DNA of 64,000 nucleotides from Escherichia coli (GTDB lineage Bacteria; Pseudomonadota; Gammaproteobacteria; Enterobacterales; Enterobacteriaceae): NCBI RefSeq assembly GCF_050320075.1, contig NZ_CP190018.1; one strand, 5' to 3'. Shown piece by piece: positions 24,008 to 34,072 of this stretch (position 1 is its first letter; each line of letters starts with the position of its first letter). The notes under the pieces were generated by a model. It saw only the letters and a program-made list of their open reading frames with translations, ran no database searches and was not told where the DNA came from. The position numbers and the translations under genes were made by a program.

Positions 24008-24529
24008 ATGTCAAAGCCAAAATACCCTTTTGAAAAGCGCCTTGAAGTCGTGAATCACTACTTCACAACTGATGATGGTTACAGGATCATCTCGGCACGT
24101 TTTGGTGTCCCCCGAACCCAGGTCAGGACATGGGTTGCCCTCTATGAAAAACATGGAGAAAAAGGTTTAATTCCCAAACCTAAAGGCGTTAGTGCTGATC
24201 CAGAGTTGCGTATTAAGGTCGTGAAAGCTGTGATCGAGCAGCACATGTCCCTTAATCAGGCTGCTGCTCACTTTATGCTTGCTGGTAGTGGTTCTGTAGC
24301 CAGGTGGCTGAAGGTCTATGAAGAGCGCGGAGAAGCTGGTTTACGCGCGCTCAAGATTGGCACCAAAAGAAACATTGCAATATCAGTTGATCCAGAAAAA
24401 GCGGCATCAGCATTGGAGCTGTCAAAAGACCGACGCATTGAGGATCTTGAAAGGCAAGTTCGATTTCTTGAAACGCGGCTTATGTATCTAAAAAAGCTGA
24501 AAGCCTTAGCTCATCCCACGAAAAAGTAA
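24008..24529 (+). CDS. insJ: IS150 OrfA (InsJ), HTH protein, 173 aa
   Basis: ORF track 24008..24529. Confidence 0.9.
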   Translation: MSKPKYPFEKRLEVVNHYFTTDDGYRIISARFGVPRTQVRTWVALYEKHGEKGLIPKPKGVSADPELRIKVVKAVIEQHMSLNQAAAHFMLAGSGSVARWLKVYEERGEAGLRALKIGTKRNIAISVDPEKAASALELSKDRRIEDLERQVRFLETRLMYLKKLKALAHPTKK

Positions 24530-25377
24530 AAGTACTCAACGAGCTAAGGCAGTTTTATCCTCTTGATGAGCTTCTCAGGGCTGCGGAGATACCGCGCAGT
24601 ACGTTTTATTACCATCTAAAGGCTCTCAGCAAGCCTGACAAGTATGCGGACGTTAAAAAGCGTATTGGTGAGATTTATCACGAGAATAGAGGCCGATACG
24701 GATACCGTAGGGTAACGCTGTCTCTTCATCGAGAAGGGAAACAGATTAACCATAAAGCTGTTCAGCGCCTGATGGGAACCCTCTCACTTAAAGCAGCGAT
24801 TAAGGTCAAGCGATACCGCTCTTACAGAGGAGAGGTAGGGCAAACCGCCCCTAATGTTCTCCAAAGAGATTTCAAGGCTACGCGGCCAAACGAGAAGTGG
24901 GTTACCGATGTTACTGAATTTGTAGTCAATGGGCGCAAGCTGTATTTGTCTCCAGTAATAGATCTCTTCAACAACGAAGTTATTTCTTACAGCCTTTCGG
25001 AAAGACCAGTGATGAACATGGTTGAGAATATGCTCGATCAGGCATTCAAAAAGCTTAATCCTCACGAGCATCCTGTTCTGCACTCTGACCAGGGATGGCA
25101 GTATCGTATGAGAAGATATCAAAATATCCTTAAAGAACATGGTATTAAACAAAGCATGTCCAGAAAAGGCAATTGTCTGGATAATGCTGTGGTGGAGTGT
25201 TTCTTTGGAACCTTAAAGTCGGAGTGTTTTTATCTTGATGAGTTCAGTAATATAAGCGAACTGAAGGATGCTGTTACGGAATATATTGAATACTACAACA
25301 GCAGAAGAATTAGCCTGAAATTAAAAGGTCTGACTCCAATTGAATATCGGAATCAGACCTATATGCCTCGTGTTTAA
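24490..25377 (+). CDS. insK: IS150 OrfB (InsK) DDE transposase part, reached by programmed -1 frameshift from orfA
   Basis: Frame -1 relative to orfA is open from the A-AAA-AAG heptamer (24490-24496) to the stop at 25377 and reads ...[23 protein letters not shown]..., continuing into ORF-track product 24772..25377. Confidence 0.8.
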   Translation, partial: KKAESLSSSHEKVKVLNELRQFYPLDELLRAAEIPRSTFYYHLKALSKPDKYADVKKRIGEIYHENRGRYGYRRVTLSLHREGKQINHKAVQRLMGTLSLKAAIKVKRYRSYRGEVGQTAPNVLQRDFKATRPNEKWVTDVTEFVVNGRKLYLSPVIDLFNNEVISYSLSERPVMNMVENMLDQAFKKLNPHEHPVLHSDQGWQYRMRRYQNILKEHGIKQSMSRKGNCLDNAVVECFFGTLKSECFYLDEFSNISELKDAVTEYIEYYNSRRISLKLKGLTPIEYRNQTYMPRV

Positions 25378-25478
25378 CTGTCCAACTTTTTGGGGTCAGT
25401 ACAAAGTGAGGCCCCTCTATGCATAGACACCATAAGGTTAGCCTCTTACTCGTTGGAAATCAACACAGGGGGCTGGGA

Positions 25479-25631
25479 ATGCCGCAGAAATATAGATTAC
25501 TTTCTTTAATAGTGATTTGTTGCACGCTTTTATTTTTCACCTGGATGATAAGTGATTCACTGTGTGAATTGCATATTAAACAGGGGAGTTATGAGCTGGC
25601 GGCATTTTTAGCCTGCAATTTGAAAGAGTAA
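25479..25631 (+). CDS. hokA: Hok-family type I toxin peptide, 50 aa
   Basis: MPQKYRLLSLIVICCTLLFFTWMISDSLCELHIKQGSYELAAFLACNLKE inside ORF-track 25419..25631: single TM helix, conserved cysteines and YELAAFLA motif typical of Hok/Gef. Confidence 0.75.
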   Translation: MPQKYRLLSLIVICCTLLFFTWMISDSLCELHIKQGSYELAAFLACNLKE

Positions 25632-25762
25632 GAGTCTTCGGCGGGAAGTTATTCCCGCCTTTCTTACGGCGTTGCGCATTCTCATTGCACCCAAATTTAT
25701 TTTTCACAAAAATAATAATAGATTTTATTACGCGATCGATTATTTATTTCCTGAAAAACAAA

Positions 25763-25791
25763 TAAAAAAATCCCCGCCAAATGGCAGGGAT
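25763..25791 (-). terminator. cspA rho-independent terminator
   Basis: Minus-strand hairpin (plus-strand TCCCCGCCAAATGGCAGGGA) followed by a U-run just past the cspA stop. Confidence 0.6.
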
Positions 25792-25818
25792 CTTAGATTC
25801 TGTGCTTTTAAGCAGAGA

Positions 25819-26031
25819 TTACAGGCTGGTTACGTTACCAGCTGCCGGGCCTTTAGCGCCGCTTTCGATGGTGAAGGACACTTTCTGACCTTCGTCCAGA
25901 GATTTGTAACCATCGTTCTGGATAGCAGAGAAGTGTACGAACACGTCTTTAGAGCCATCGTCAGGAGTGATGAAGCCGAAGCCTTTGTCAGCGTTGAACC
26001 ATTTTACGATACCAGTCATTTTACCGTACAT
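25819..26031 (-). CDS. cspA: major cold-shock protein CspA, 70 aa
   Basis: ORF track 25819..26031; [34 protein letters not shown]... with RNP1/RNP2 motifs. Confidence 0.95.
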   Translation of the reverse strand: MYGKMTGIVKWFNADKGFGFITPDDGSKDVFVHFSAIQNDGYKSLDEGQKVSFTIESGAKGPAAGNVTSL

Positions 26032-26190
26032 AGTGTATTACCTTTAATAATTAAGTGTGCCTTTCGGCGATATGGCGTGCTTTACAGATTTTGAAGCGTT
26101 AAAGGAATGTGCACTACGAGGGGTATCAACGATAACTCTTGAAGGGACTTGCCTTACTACACTGCTTTAATGGTCTGTACGTCAAACCGT
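26032..26190 (-). promoter_or_regulatory. cspA 159-nt 5' UTR (RNA thermosensor) including cold-box element
   Basis: Transcript 5' end ACGGTTTGACGTACAGACC is the reverse complement of 26172-26190; cold box TGACGTACAGA at 26184-26174; distance to ATG is 159 nt, matching the known leader length. Confidence 0.75.
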
Positions 26191-26198
26191 TGATGTGC

Positions 26199-26227
26199 AT
26201 TAAGCCACGCATTGGCGGGTGATGCAA
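26199..26227 (-). promoter_or_regulatory. cspA sigma70 promoter (-35 TTGCAT, 17-bp spacer, -10 CTTAAT) with AT-rich UP element upstream
   Basis: Minus-strand hexamers at 26227-26222 and 26204-26199, about 8 nt before the inferred transcript start at 26190. Confidence 0.7.
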
Positions 26228-26311
26228 CAATTATTTTTCATATTTATGATTAATCGGTTGGAAAACGGTCCTGTCATCAGGACCGTAAACAGCAATAAAG
26301 TGGATAAAAGT

Positions 26312-26602
26312 CTATTCCATCAACTGCTTACTTAATGCCGGGTTGGCTTGAATCAAACGCATCAATTTTAGTTCGGCACTTGAAGGCTTCACGCGTCTGG
26401 ATTCCCATTCCTTTACCATGGCGACTGATACGCCCAAAACCCGGGCGAAATCATCGATTTTTAATCCTGTCCCTTTTCGTAACTGCTCAATTTCGGTACA
26501 GGATGTTGTTCTGTGCGTCAGGGTAATTTTCTGCGTTTCATCTTTAAAAACAATCTGTTCCAGGCTGCTCAACAGCTCATGCATTGGATCTTTATATTCC
26601 AT
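26312..26602 (-). CDS. yiaG: XRE-family HTH transcriptional regulator, 96 aa
   Basis: ORF track 26312..26602. Confidence 0.8.
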   Translation of the reverse strand: MEYKDPMHELLSSLEQIVFKDETQKITLTHRTTSCTEIEQLRKGTGLKIDDFARVLGVSVAMVKEWESRRVKPSSAELKLMRLIQANPALSKQLME

Positions 26603-27035
26603 TGAAAACTCCTCAAATCACACTGCGGGATCGTGAATTGCATCGAAGCTCATTAAGAATAGTCGGGAAAAGCAGACACAGCGGGGTGAAGTCAGGGCAT
26701 GCTCTGGCTATGATTCGATTCAGCCAGTCATTTAGCGTGACTTATAGCCACCTAACGATCTGATAAATGCCGATATATCTCTTACCACTCCCGGTTTGTA
26801 AAGATTTCGAAAATCTAACGTTCTGCGAAGGCGTAAATCTCGGTCTACAAAAAAAGCAACGGCACTATCATTTATTAACAATGAAACAACAAATTAACCT
26901 TGTTTCATTTTCTCCATGATTTTACCAGGAAGATTACGTAGAAAGGGTATCCTGCAAGCCTGTCCTGGACTATCCTTGTCACGTCAGACACGCGTGTGTC
27001 GTTGTGCGCTTTTTTTGGGTGAAAGGAGTAAGAAA

Positions 27036-27746
27036 ATGGCGACAGGAAAGTCCTGCTCTCGCTGGTTTGCGCCTCTTGCGGCGTTATTAATGGTAGTTAG
27101 CCTGAGTGGGTGTTTTGATAAAGAAGGCGATCAGCGTAAAGCGTTTATCGACTTCCTGCAGAATACAGTGATGCGTAGCGGTGAACGTCTACCAACCCTG
27201 ACTGCCGATCAGAAAAAACAGTTTGGTCCTTTTGTCTCTGATTACGCGATTCTGTATGGTTATTCTCAGCAGGTGAATCAGGCGATGGATTCCGGTCTGC
27301 GCCCGGTCGTAGACAGCGTTAACGCAATTCGCGTACCGCAGGATTACGTTACGCAAAGCGGCCCACTGCGTGAAATGAACGGTTCTCTGGGCGTACTGGC
27401 GCAACAGCTGCAAAATGCGAAGTTGCAGGCCGATGCTGCGCACTCTGCGCTAAAACAGAGCGATGACCTGAAACCGGTCTTTGATCAGGCATTCACCAAA
27501 GTGGTAACGACGCCAGCTGATGCATTGCAACCGTTGATTCCGGCGGCACAAACTTTCACGCAACAACTGGTGATGGTTGGAGACTACATTGCCCAACAAG
27601 GTACTCAGGTGAGCTTTGTCGCAAATGGCATCCAGTTCCCGACGTCACAGCAGGCAAGTGAATATAACAAACTGATTGCGCCATTACCGGCACAGCATCA
27701 GGCGTTTAATCAGGCCTGGACTACAGCAGTTACTGCAACCCAATAA
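27036..27746 (+). CDS. yiaF: putative lipoprotein (lipobox LSGC), 236 aa
   Basis: ORF track 26916..27746; start placed at ATG 27036 (MATGKSCSRWFAPLAALLMVVSLSGC). Confidence 0.8.
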   Translation: MATGKSCSRWFAPLAALLMVVSLSGCFDKEGDQRKAFIDFLQNTVMRSGERLPTLTADQKKQFGPFVSDYAILYGYSQQVNQAMDSGLRPVVDSVNAIRVPQDYVTQSGPLREMNGSLGVLAQQLQNAKLQADAAHSALKQSDDLKPVFDQAFTKVVTTPADALQPLIPAAQTFTQQLVMVGDYIAQQGTQVSFVANGIQFPTSQQASEYNKLIAPLPAQHQAFNQAWTTAVTATQ

Positions 27747-27752
27747 AGAGTA

Positions 27753-27777
27753 AAAGCCCGAGCGATTATCGGGCTTT
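27753..27777. terminator. bidirectional hairpin between convergent yiaF and ghrB
   Basis: AAAGCCCGAGCGATTATCGGGCTTT palindrome flanked by A/T runs. Confidence 0.55.
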
Positions 27778-27795
27778 ACTCCACGCAGTCGCGGC

Positions 27796-28770
27796 TTAGT
27801 CCGCGACGTGCGGATTCACACAGTTCTTCTCAACCTTTCCTTGTAACGCATCAATCAAATTATCCACGGCACAGGCGGCCATGCCATAACGCGTCTCATG
27901 GGTGGCAGATCCAATATGCGGTACTGCGACGACATTTGCCATTGAGAGCAACGGCGAATCTACGGAAAGTGGCTCTTGTTCGAAGACATCCAGCCCGGCG
28001 GCGTGAATTTCGCCTTTCTGCAATGCAGCAATCAGTGCATTTTCATCAACCACCGGGCCACGTCCGGCATTAATGAAAATGGCGGAGGATTTCATTTTGC
28101 CGAATTGTTCTGCGCCAAATAGATGATACGTCTCATCAGTTAACGGCAGGATCAGGCAAACGAAATCTGACTCTTGTAACAGTGTATCCAAATCGCAGTA
28201 GCGGGCGTTGAAGCGTTCTTCTGCTTCTTTATGGTGGCGGCGCGCGTTATAGAGGATGGGCATGTTGAAACCAAAGTGCGCACGTTGTGCCAGCGCCATA
28301 CCGATCCGTCCCATCCCGACAATGCCCAGTGTTTTATGGTGAACGTCAGTGCCGTACCAGTCCGGGCCTATGCTCGCGGTCCATTCGCCTGCTTTTACCC
28401 GTTCTGCTACCTCCACAACCCGACGAGCGGTAGACAACACCAGCGCCATCAGCGTATCGGCGACGGTTTCTGTTAATACGGTTGGCGTGTGCATCAGCAG
28501 AATTTTTCGGGCGGTAAGCGCATCGACATCAAAATTGTCATAGCCGACAGAGATCGTTGATGTGGCACGCAGTTTCGGCATTTTTTCCAGCAATGCGGCA
28601 TCAACATTCTCGTTTGAACCCAGTAAACCTTCAGCTTCGGCAAAAATTGCTGCATTTTGTTCGACGGTTTGTGGGCTGAGGTTTGCCACCTGGTGAACGG
28701 TGAAATGCTCTTGCAGGCGTTGCAGTAAATCATCAGGTAAGGCTTTGTAGAGGATAACGGACGGCTTCAT
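27796..28770 (-). CDS. ghrB: glyoxylate/hydroxypyruvate reductase B, 324 aa
   Basis: ORF track 27796..28782; start at ATG 28770-28768 ([16 protein letters not shown]...); D-2-hydroxyacid dehydrogenase fold. Confidence 0.9.
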   Translation of the reverse strand: MKPSVILYKALPDDLLQRLQEHFTVHQVANLSPQTVEQNAAIFAEAEGLLGSNENVDAALLEKMPKLRATSTISVGYDNFDVDALTARKILLMHTPTVLTETVADTLMALVLSTARRVVEVAERVKAGEWTASIGPDWYGTDVHHKTLGIVGMGRIGMALAQRAHFGFNMPILYNARRHHKEAEERFNARYCDLDTLLQESDFVCLILPLTDETYHLFGAEQFGKMKSSAIFINAGRGPVVDENALIAALQKGEIHAAGLDVFEQEPLSVDSPLLSMANVVAVPHIGSATHETRYGMAACAVDNLIDALQGKVEKNCVNPHVAD

Positions 28771-28873
28771 GCTTCTCTCCATTCACTGATAAGGCGATCA
28801 CCTTAGCCTGAAATATGATGAAGGAAAACTGAAGAATGCCAGGTGATTTCTGCATCACCTGGCATGAAAGGGA

Positions 28874-29533
28874 TTACAGCGGGCTTAAGGTAATTTCTAC
28901 ACGGCGGTTTTGCGCCTTACCTTCTGCAGTGCTGTTGCTGGCGATTGGGTTAGCCGGGCCAAGGCCCTGAGTACGGATGCGGCTGGCGTCCACGCCCTGG
29001 GTGATCAACGCGCTGGCAACGGAATCCGCACGCTGCTGGGAGAGACGCATGTTCAGGTCGTGACCACCCGTGCTGTCGGTATAACCAATCACGTTAACCG
29101 CCGTTTTCGGATACTCTTTCAGCACCATTGCCACGCCGGTCAGGGTGTTAGCGCCTGCCGGTTTCAGGGTCGCGCTGCTGCTGTCGAAGGTCACATTGTT
29201 CGGCATATTGAGGATAATGTTATCCCCGCTGCGGGTTACGCTAACACCAGTGCCACGCATTTTGTCACGCAGCTTCGCTTCCTGCACATCCATGTAATAA
29301 CCCACGCCGCCGCCCAGAGCTGCACCCGCTGCTGCGCCAATCAGCGCGCCTTTACCGCGATCTTTCTTCGAAGAAGAGAGCGCACCAATACCCGCGCCAA
29401 CGAGAGAGCCCAGACCTGCGCCGATAGCAGATTTACCTGCTTCGCGTTCGCCGGTGTAAGGGTTAGTTGTGCAGCCAGATACCGCCAGAGCGCCACTCAC
29501 TACGGCGGCAATAAGATAAACACGTTTCTTCAT
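28874..29533 (-). CDS. yiaD: OmpA-family lipoprotein with C-terminal peptidoglycan-binding domain, 219 aa
   Basis: ORF track 28874..29533; lipobox VSGC, Gly-rich linker, OmpA C-terminal domain. Confidence 0.85.
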   Translation of the reverse strand: MKKRVYLIAAVVSGALAVSGCTTNPYTGEREAGKSAIGAGLGSLVGAGIGALSSSKKDRGKGALIGAAAGAALGGGVGYYMDVQEAKLRDKMRGTGVSVTRSGDNIILNMPNNVTFDSSSATLKPAGANTLTGVAMVLKEYPKTAVNVIGYTDSTGGHDLNMRLSQQRADSVASALITQGVDASRIRTQGLGPANPIASNSTAEGKAQNRRVEITLSPL

Positions 29534-29685
29534 TGTTAATCCTTAATAACCTTTTTATTCTTTGCCACGGGTTCCGTGGCGGGAGATTATGCCGCGTGAA
29601 CATGAAGATTATTCCTGGGAATACTCGGAAATTTGTAAGTAATATTTAACTGCTCAATACATCTAACCTTTCAGGAGTCTTCGGT

Positions 29686-32019
29686 TTGGCCAACTCATCC
29701 TCACGATATTCCGTTCTGACTGCCGCCCACTGGGGGCCCATGCTGGTTGAAACTGACGGCGAAACCGTGCTTAGCTCGCGTGGCGCGTTAACCACAGGAA
29801 TGGAAAACTCCTTGCAGAGCGCGGTTCGCGACCAGGTTCACAGCAATACGCGGGTACGATTTCCAATGGTGCGCAAAGGCTTTCTCGCGTCACCGGAAAA
29901 ACCGCAAGGCATTCGCGGGCAGGATGAATTTGTTCGTGTGAGTTGGGATGAGGCGCTGGAGCTTATTCACCAACAACATAAACGCATTCGTGAGGCTTAT
30001 GGTCCGGCATCGATTTTTGCTGGTTCCTACGGCTGGCGTTCAAACGGCGTGCTGCATAAGGCCTCGACATTATTACAACGCTATATGGCGCTGGCAGGCG
30101 GTTATACCGGGCATCTGGGGGATTATTCGACCGGTGCAGCACAGGCGATCATGCCGTATGTCGTGGGGGGCAGCGAAGTTTATCAACAGCAAACCAGTTG
30201 GCCCCTGGTGCTGGAACATAGCGATGTCGTGGTGCTGTGGAGTGCTAATCCACTCAATACGCTGAAAATTGCGTGGAATGCATCCGATGAGCAGGGGCTT
30301 TCTTACTTTTCCGCACTGCGTGACAGCGGGAAAAAGCTGATCTGCATTGATCCAATGCGATCGGAAACCGTCGATTTCTTTGGCGATAAAATGGAGTGGG
30401 TGGCACCGCACATGGGCACCGATGTTGCGCTGATGCTGGGGATCGCCCATACGCTGGTGGAAAATGGTTGGCACGACGAAGCGTTTCTGGCGCGTTGCAC
30501 CACCGGTTATGCCGTCTTCGCCTCTTATTTGCTGGGCGAGAGTGACGGAATAGCCAAAACCGCCGAATGGGCGGCAGGGATTTGTGGAGTTAACGCAGAG
30601 AAAATCCGCGAGCTGGCGGCTCTTTTCCACCAAAACACGACCATGCTGATGGCTGGCTGGGGAATGCAGCGTCAACAGTTTGGTGAGCAAAAACACTGGA
30701 TGATCGTCACGCTGGCGGCAATGTTGGGGCAAATCGGCACACCCGGCGGCGGTTTTGGTCTTTCTTATCATTTTGCCAATGGTGGTAACCCCACGCGGCG
30801 TTCTGCGGTGCTCTCTTCCATGCAGGGCAGCTTGCCTGGCGGCACCGATGCGGTAGATAAAATCCCTGTTGCCCGCATTGTTGAAGCACTGGAAAACCCT
30901 GGTGGCGCATATCAACACAACGGTATGAACCGACATTTCCCGGATATTCGTTTTATCTGGTGGGCGGGCGGTGCCAACTTTACTCATCATCAGGATACCA
31001 ATCGCCTGATCCGTGCCTGGCAAAAACCGGAGCTGGTGGTGATCTCTGAATGCTTCTGGACGGCTGCGGCGAAACACGCGGATATCGTTCTGCCTGCGAC
31101 CACTTCGTTTGAGCGTAATGATCTCACCATGACCGGCGATTACAGCAATCAGCATCTGGTGCCGATGAAACAAGTGGTGCCGCCACGTTATGAAGCGCGT
31201 AATGATTTTGATGTCTTTGCCGAGTTGAGTGAACGTTGGGAGAAGGGCGGCTATGCGCGGTTTACGGAAGGAAAAAGTGAGCTGCAATGGCTGGAAACGT
31301 TTTATAACGTTGCCCGGCAGCGCGGGGCAAGCCAGCAGGTTGAATTGTCGCCATTTGCTGAGTTCTGGCAAGCCAACCAGTTAATTGAGATGCCGGAAAA
31401 CCCGGACAGTGAGCGGTTTATTCGCTTCGCCGATTTTCGCCGCGATCCGCAGGCGCATCCATTAAAAACCGCCAGCGGTAAGATTGAAATATTCTCGCAG
31501 CGTATTGCCGATTATGGTTACCAGGATTGCCCTGGGCATCCGATGTGGCTGGAGCCGGATGAGTGGCAGGGCAATGCCGAACCAGAACAGTTGCAGGTAC
31601 TTTCTGCTCATCCGGCACATCGTCTGCACAGCCAGCTGAATTACAGTTCTCTGCGCGAATTGTACGCGGTGGCAAATCGTGAGCCTGTCACCATTCATCC
31701 TGACGATGCCCAGGCGCGCGGCATACAAGATGGCGATATTGTTCGGTTGTGGAACGCACGCGGGCAAATTCTTGCCGGAGCGGTCATTAGCGAGGGAATT
31801 AAACCTGGCGTGATTTGTATTCATGAAGGGGCATGGCCGGATCTGGATTTAACCGCTGACGGTATTTGTAAAAACGGCGCGGTGAACGTTCTGACCAAAG
31901 ATCTCCCCAGCTCGCGGCTGGGGAATGGCTGTGCGGGTAATACGGCACTGGCATGGCTGGAAAAATACAACGGTCCGGAACTGACACTTACAGCGTTTGA
32001 ACCACCGGCCAGCTCATAA
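29686..32019 (+). CDS. bisC: biotin sulfoxide reductase (molybdopterin oxidoreductase), 777 aa
   Basis: ORF track 29686..32019 (TTG start as in the track). Confidence 0.9.
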   Translation: MANSSSRYSVLTAAHWGPMLVETDGETVLSSRGALTTGMENSLQSAVRDQVHSNTRVRFPMVRKGFLASPEKPQGIRGQDEFVRVSWDEALELIHQQHKRIREAYGPASIFAGSYGWRSNGVLHKASTLLQRYMALAGGYTGHLGDYSTGAAQAIMPYVVGGSEVYQQQTSWPLVLEHSDVVVLWSANPLNTLKIAWNASDEQGLSYFSALRDSGKKLICIDPMRSETVDFFGDKMEWVAPHMGTDVALMLGIAHTLVENGWHDEAFLARCTTGYAVFASYLLGESDGIAKTAEWAAGICGVNAEKIRELAALFHQNTTMLMAGWGMQRQQFGEQKHWMIVTLAAMLGQIGTPGGGFGLSYHFANGGNPTRRSAVLSSMQGSLPGGTDAVDKIPVARIVEALENPGGAYQHNGMNRHFPDIRFIWWAGGANFTHHQDTNRLIRAWQKPELVVISECFWTAAAKHADIVLPATTSFERNDLTMTGDYSNQHLVPMKQVVPPRYEARNDFDVFAELSERWEKGGYARFTEGKSELQWLETFYNVARQRGASQQVELSPFAEFWQANQLIEMPENPDSERFIRFADFRRDPQAHPLKTASGKIEIFSQRIADYGYQDCPGHPMWLEPDEWQGNAEPEQLQVLSAHPAHRLHSQLNYSSLRELYAVANREPVTIHPDDAQARGIQDGDIVRLWNARGQILAGAVISEGIKPGVICIHEGAWPDLDLTADGICKNGAVNVLTKDLPSSRLGNGCAGNTALAWLEKYNGPELTLTAFEPPASS

Positions 32020-32428
32020 TCCAGGTGGGTAGTTGGGTTTCATCCTGCCATGCGCAGTCGACAATGTGAAAACCCTGCGCATGGTAAAAATCTATCGCCG
32101 GTTGATTTTTTTGATAAACCTCCAGCATCAGATGGGGATGGCGCTGCTGCACATACTGCATTAGCGCCTTACCAATACCGCGTCTGACGGCCTTCGGTGC
32201 GACAAACATTGCAGCCAGAAATCGGCCTTCCATAATGCTGACAAAACCGAGAAGCTTACCGTCTTCTTCCCAGACCCAGTTTTGCGCATTGGCAAGATAG
32301 GCATCCCGCACCAGCGGAATGCAATCACGCCAGTAATTCGCTTTTATAAAGGGATGCCCCCAGGTTGTACTTTCCAGCCACAGTTCGAGGATCGCGGGGA
32401 GTTCTGAACGTTGCGCTTCCCGAATCAT
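31988..32428 (-). CDS. yiaC: GNAT-family N-acetyltransferase, 146 aa
   Basis: ORF track 31988..32428; 3' end overlaps bisC 3' end by 32 bp. Confidence 0.8.
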   Translation of the reverse strand: MIREAQRSELPAILELWLESTTWGHPFIKANYWRDCIPLVRDAYLANAQNWVWEEDGKLLGFVSIMEGRFLAAMFVAPKAVRRGIGKALMQYVQQRHPHLMLEVYQKNQPAIDFYHAQGFHIVDCAWQDETQLPTWIMSWPVVQTL

Positions 32429-32988
32429 GGTTTATTTCCCGGATAGCAACAGCAGCCAACCACATGATCATTCACCAGCCCACATGCCTGCATAAAGGAG
32501 TAACAGATTGTGGTACCAACAAACTTAAAACCACGCTTTTTCAGGGCTTTAGATAGAGCGTCGGAGGCGGGCGTAGATGTAGGGATTTCGCTCAACGTTG
32601 TGGCTTGTGTCACCTGTGGTTGATGATTGACAAACGACCAGACAAAGTCGGCAAACGGTTCGCCGTTCTGTTCCATTTGCAGGTACGCCCGCGCATTACC
32701 AATAATTGCCTGAATTTTCCCGCGATGGCGGATAATCCCGGCGTCCTGTACCAGTCTTTCGACATCCTCTTCCTGCATTGCAGCCACCTTCACCGGATCG
32801 AACTGATGAAAGCTGGCGCGATAGTTTTCGCGTTTTTTGAGGACGGTGATCCACGATAATCCAGCCTGCTGCCCTTCAAGGCAGATCATTTCGAACAGTT
32901 TTTTACTGTCAGTTTCAGGCACGCCCCACTCATTATCATGGTAGGCAATATAAAGCGGGTCCTGACTCACCCAGCCGCAACGTTCCAT
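32425..32988 (-). CDS. tag: DNA-3-methyladenine glycosylase I, 187 aa
   Basis: ORF track 32425..33225; start placed at ATG 32988-32986 (MERCGWVSQDPLYIAYHDNEWG...); stop overlaps yiaC start in ATGA. Confidence 0.9.
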   Translation of the reverse strand: MERCGWVSQDPLYIAYHDNEWGVPETDSKKLFEMICLEGQQAGLSWITVLKKRENYRASFHQFDPVKVAAMQEEDVERLVQDAGIIRHRGKIQAIIGNARAYLQMEQNGEPFADFVWSFVNHQPQVTQATTLSEIPTSTPASDALSKALKKRGFKFVGTTICYSFMQACGLVNDHVVGCCCYPGNKP

Positions 32989-33139
32989 ACTTTCCCTCGC
33001 TATGTACCCGATCGTAAAAATTTCAGCCGCTTTTCTTGACGCATCGGTGAAAAAGTCAATATTTAATACAGGGCTACTATGCCCGATATCCTTCATACAA
33101 TGACAATAATATTGCCGAATTCGGCTCTTCCCTGGAGTC

Positions 33140-33844
33140 GTGTTAATGATCATAAAAAAAAGCGGTGGTCGCTGGCAGCTAAGCCTGCTGGCGAGTGTGG
33201 TAATCAGTGCCTTTTTTCTCAACACAGCTTACGCCTGGCAACAAGAATATATCGTTGATACGCAACCCGGACATTCCACAGAGCGTTACACCTGGGATAG
33301 TGATCATCAACCTGATTACAACGATATTTTGTCGCAACGTATTCAAAGTAGCCAAAGGGCGCTGGGACTGGAAGTCAATCTGGCGGAAGAAACTCCTGTG
33401 GATGTGACCAGCAGTATGAGTATGGGCTGGAATTTTCCTTTATATGAGCAGGTTACAACCGGCCCGGTCGCGGCATTACATTACGATGGCACAACCACCT
33501 CGATGTATAACGAGTTTGGCGACAGTACTACCACGCTGGCCGATCCGTTATGGCATGCCAGCGTGAGTACCTTAGGCTGGCGTGTTGACTCCCGGCTTGG
33601 CGATCTCCGACCCTGGGCGCAAATCAGCTATAACCAGCAATTTGGCGAGAATATCTGGAAGGCGCAATCAGGCCTGAGCCGGATGACGGCGACAAACCAG
33701 AACGGCAACTGGCTGGATGTCACCGTAGGCGCTGATATGTTGCTCAATCAAAATATTGCTGCCTATGCTGCGCTATCTCAGGCAGAAAATACCACTAACA
33801 ATAGCGACTATCTGTATACGATGGGGGTTAGTGCCAGATTTTAA
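33140..33844 (+). CDS. yhjY: putative outer-membrane beta-barrel protein, about 232 aa
   Basis: ORF track 33140..33844; signal peptide ending AYA; exact start uncertain. Confidence 0.7.
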   Translation: MLMIIKKSGGRWQLSLLASVVISAFFLNTAYAWQQEYIVDTQPGHSTERYTWDSDHQPDYNDILSQRIQSSQRALGLEVNLAEETPVDVTSSMSMGWNFPLYEQVTTGPVAALHYDGTTTSMYNEFGDSTTTLADPLWHASVSTLGWRVDSRLGDLRPWAQISYNQQFGENIWKAQSGLSRMTATNQNGNWLDVTVGADMLLNQNIAAYAALSQAENTTNNSDYLYTMGVSARF

Positions 33845-33958
33845 CGTTATAGATACAATTGAAACCATTGGATAACAACAGTTGTGGCGATAGTGGGTGC
33901 TAACTTACTAAATAATAAATTTGGTGAATAATTGTCGAGTCATTCATTCCTGAACTAA

Positions 33959-33989
33959 TGCATTTCATTCCGTTCTGATGGCATTTCAT
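33959..33989 (+). promoter_or_regulatory. YpdB (LytTR response regulator) binding site in the yhjX promoter
   Basis: Direct repeat TGCATTTCAT (33959-33968), 11-bp spacer, GGCATTTCAT (33980-33989), 84 bp upstream of yhjX ATG; matches the reported GGCATTTCAT-N11-GGCATTTCAT motif. Confidence 0.65.
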
Positions 33990-34072
33990 GCCGTTTTTCC
34001 CCAGGCATAAAGTGCACTTCGTTATGGTTGTCAGCAGAGATTTTTCCTTTTTATTACTGCAGGAATACTGCC

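Larger units (their letters stand above)
23961..25403 (+). mobile_element. IS150 (IS3 family), 1443 bp
   Basis: Imperfect terminal inverted repeats TGTACTGCACCCATTTTGTTGGA / TCCAACTTTTTGGGGTCAGTACA; orfA plus frameshifted orfB; flanked by 3-bp direct repeat AAG (23958-23960 and 25404-25406). Confidence 0.9.

Noticed and set aside
30073-31371. 432-aa minus-strand ORF
   Set aside because: Antisense to bisC, whose plus-strand frame is recognisable molybdopterin oxidoreductase throughout.
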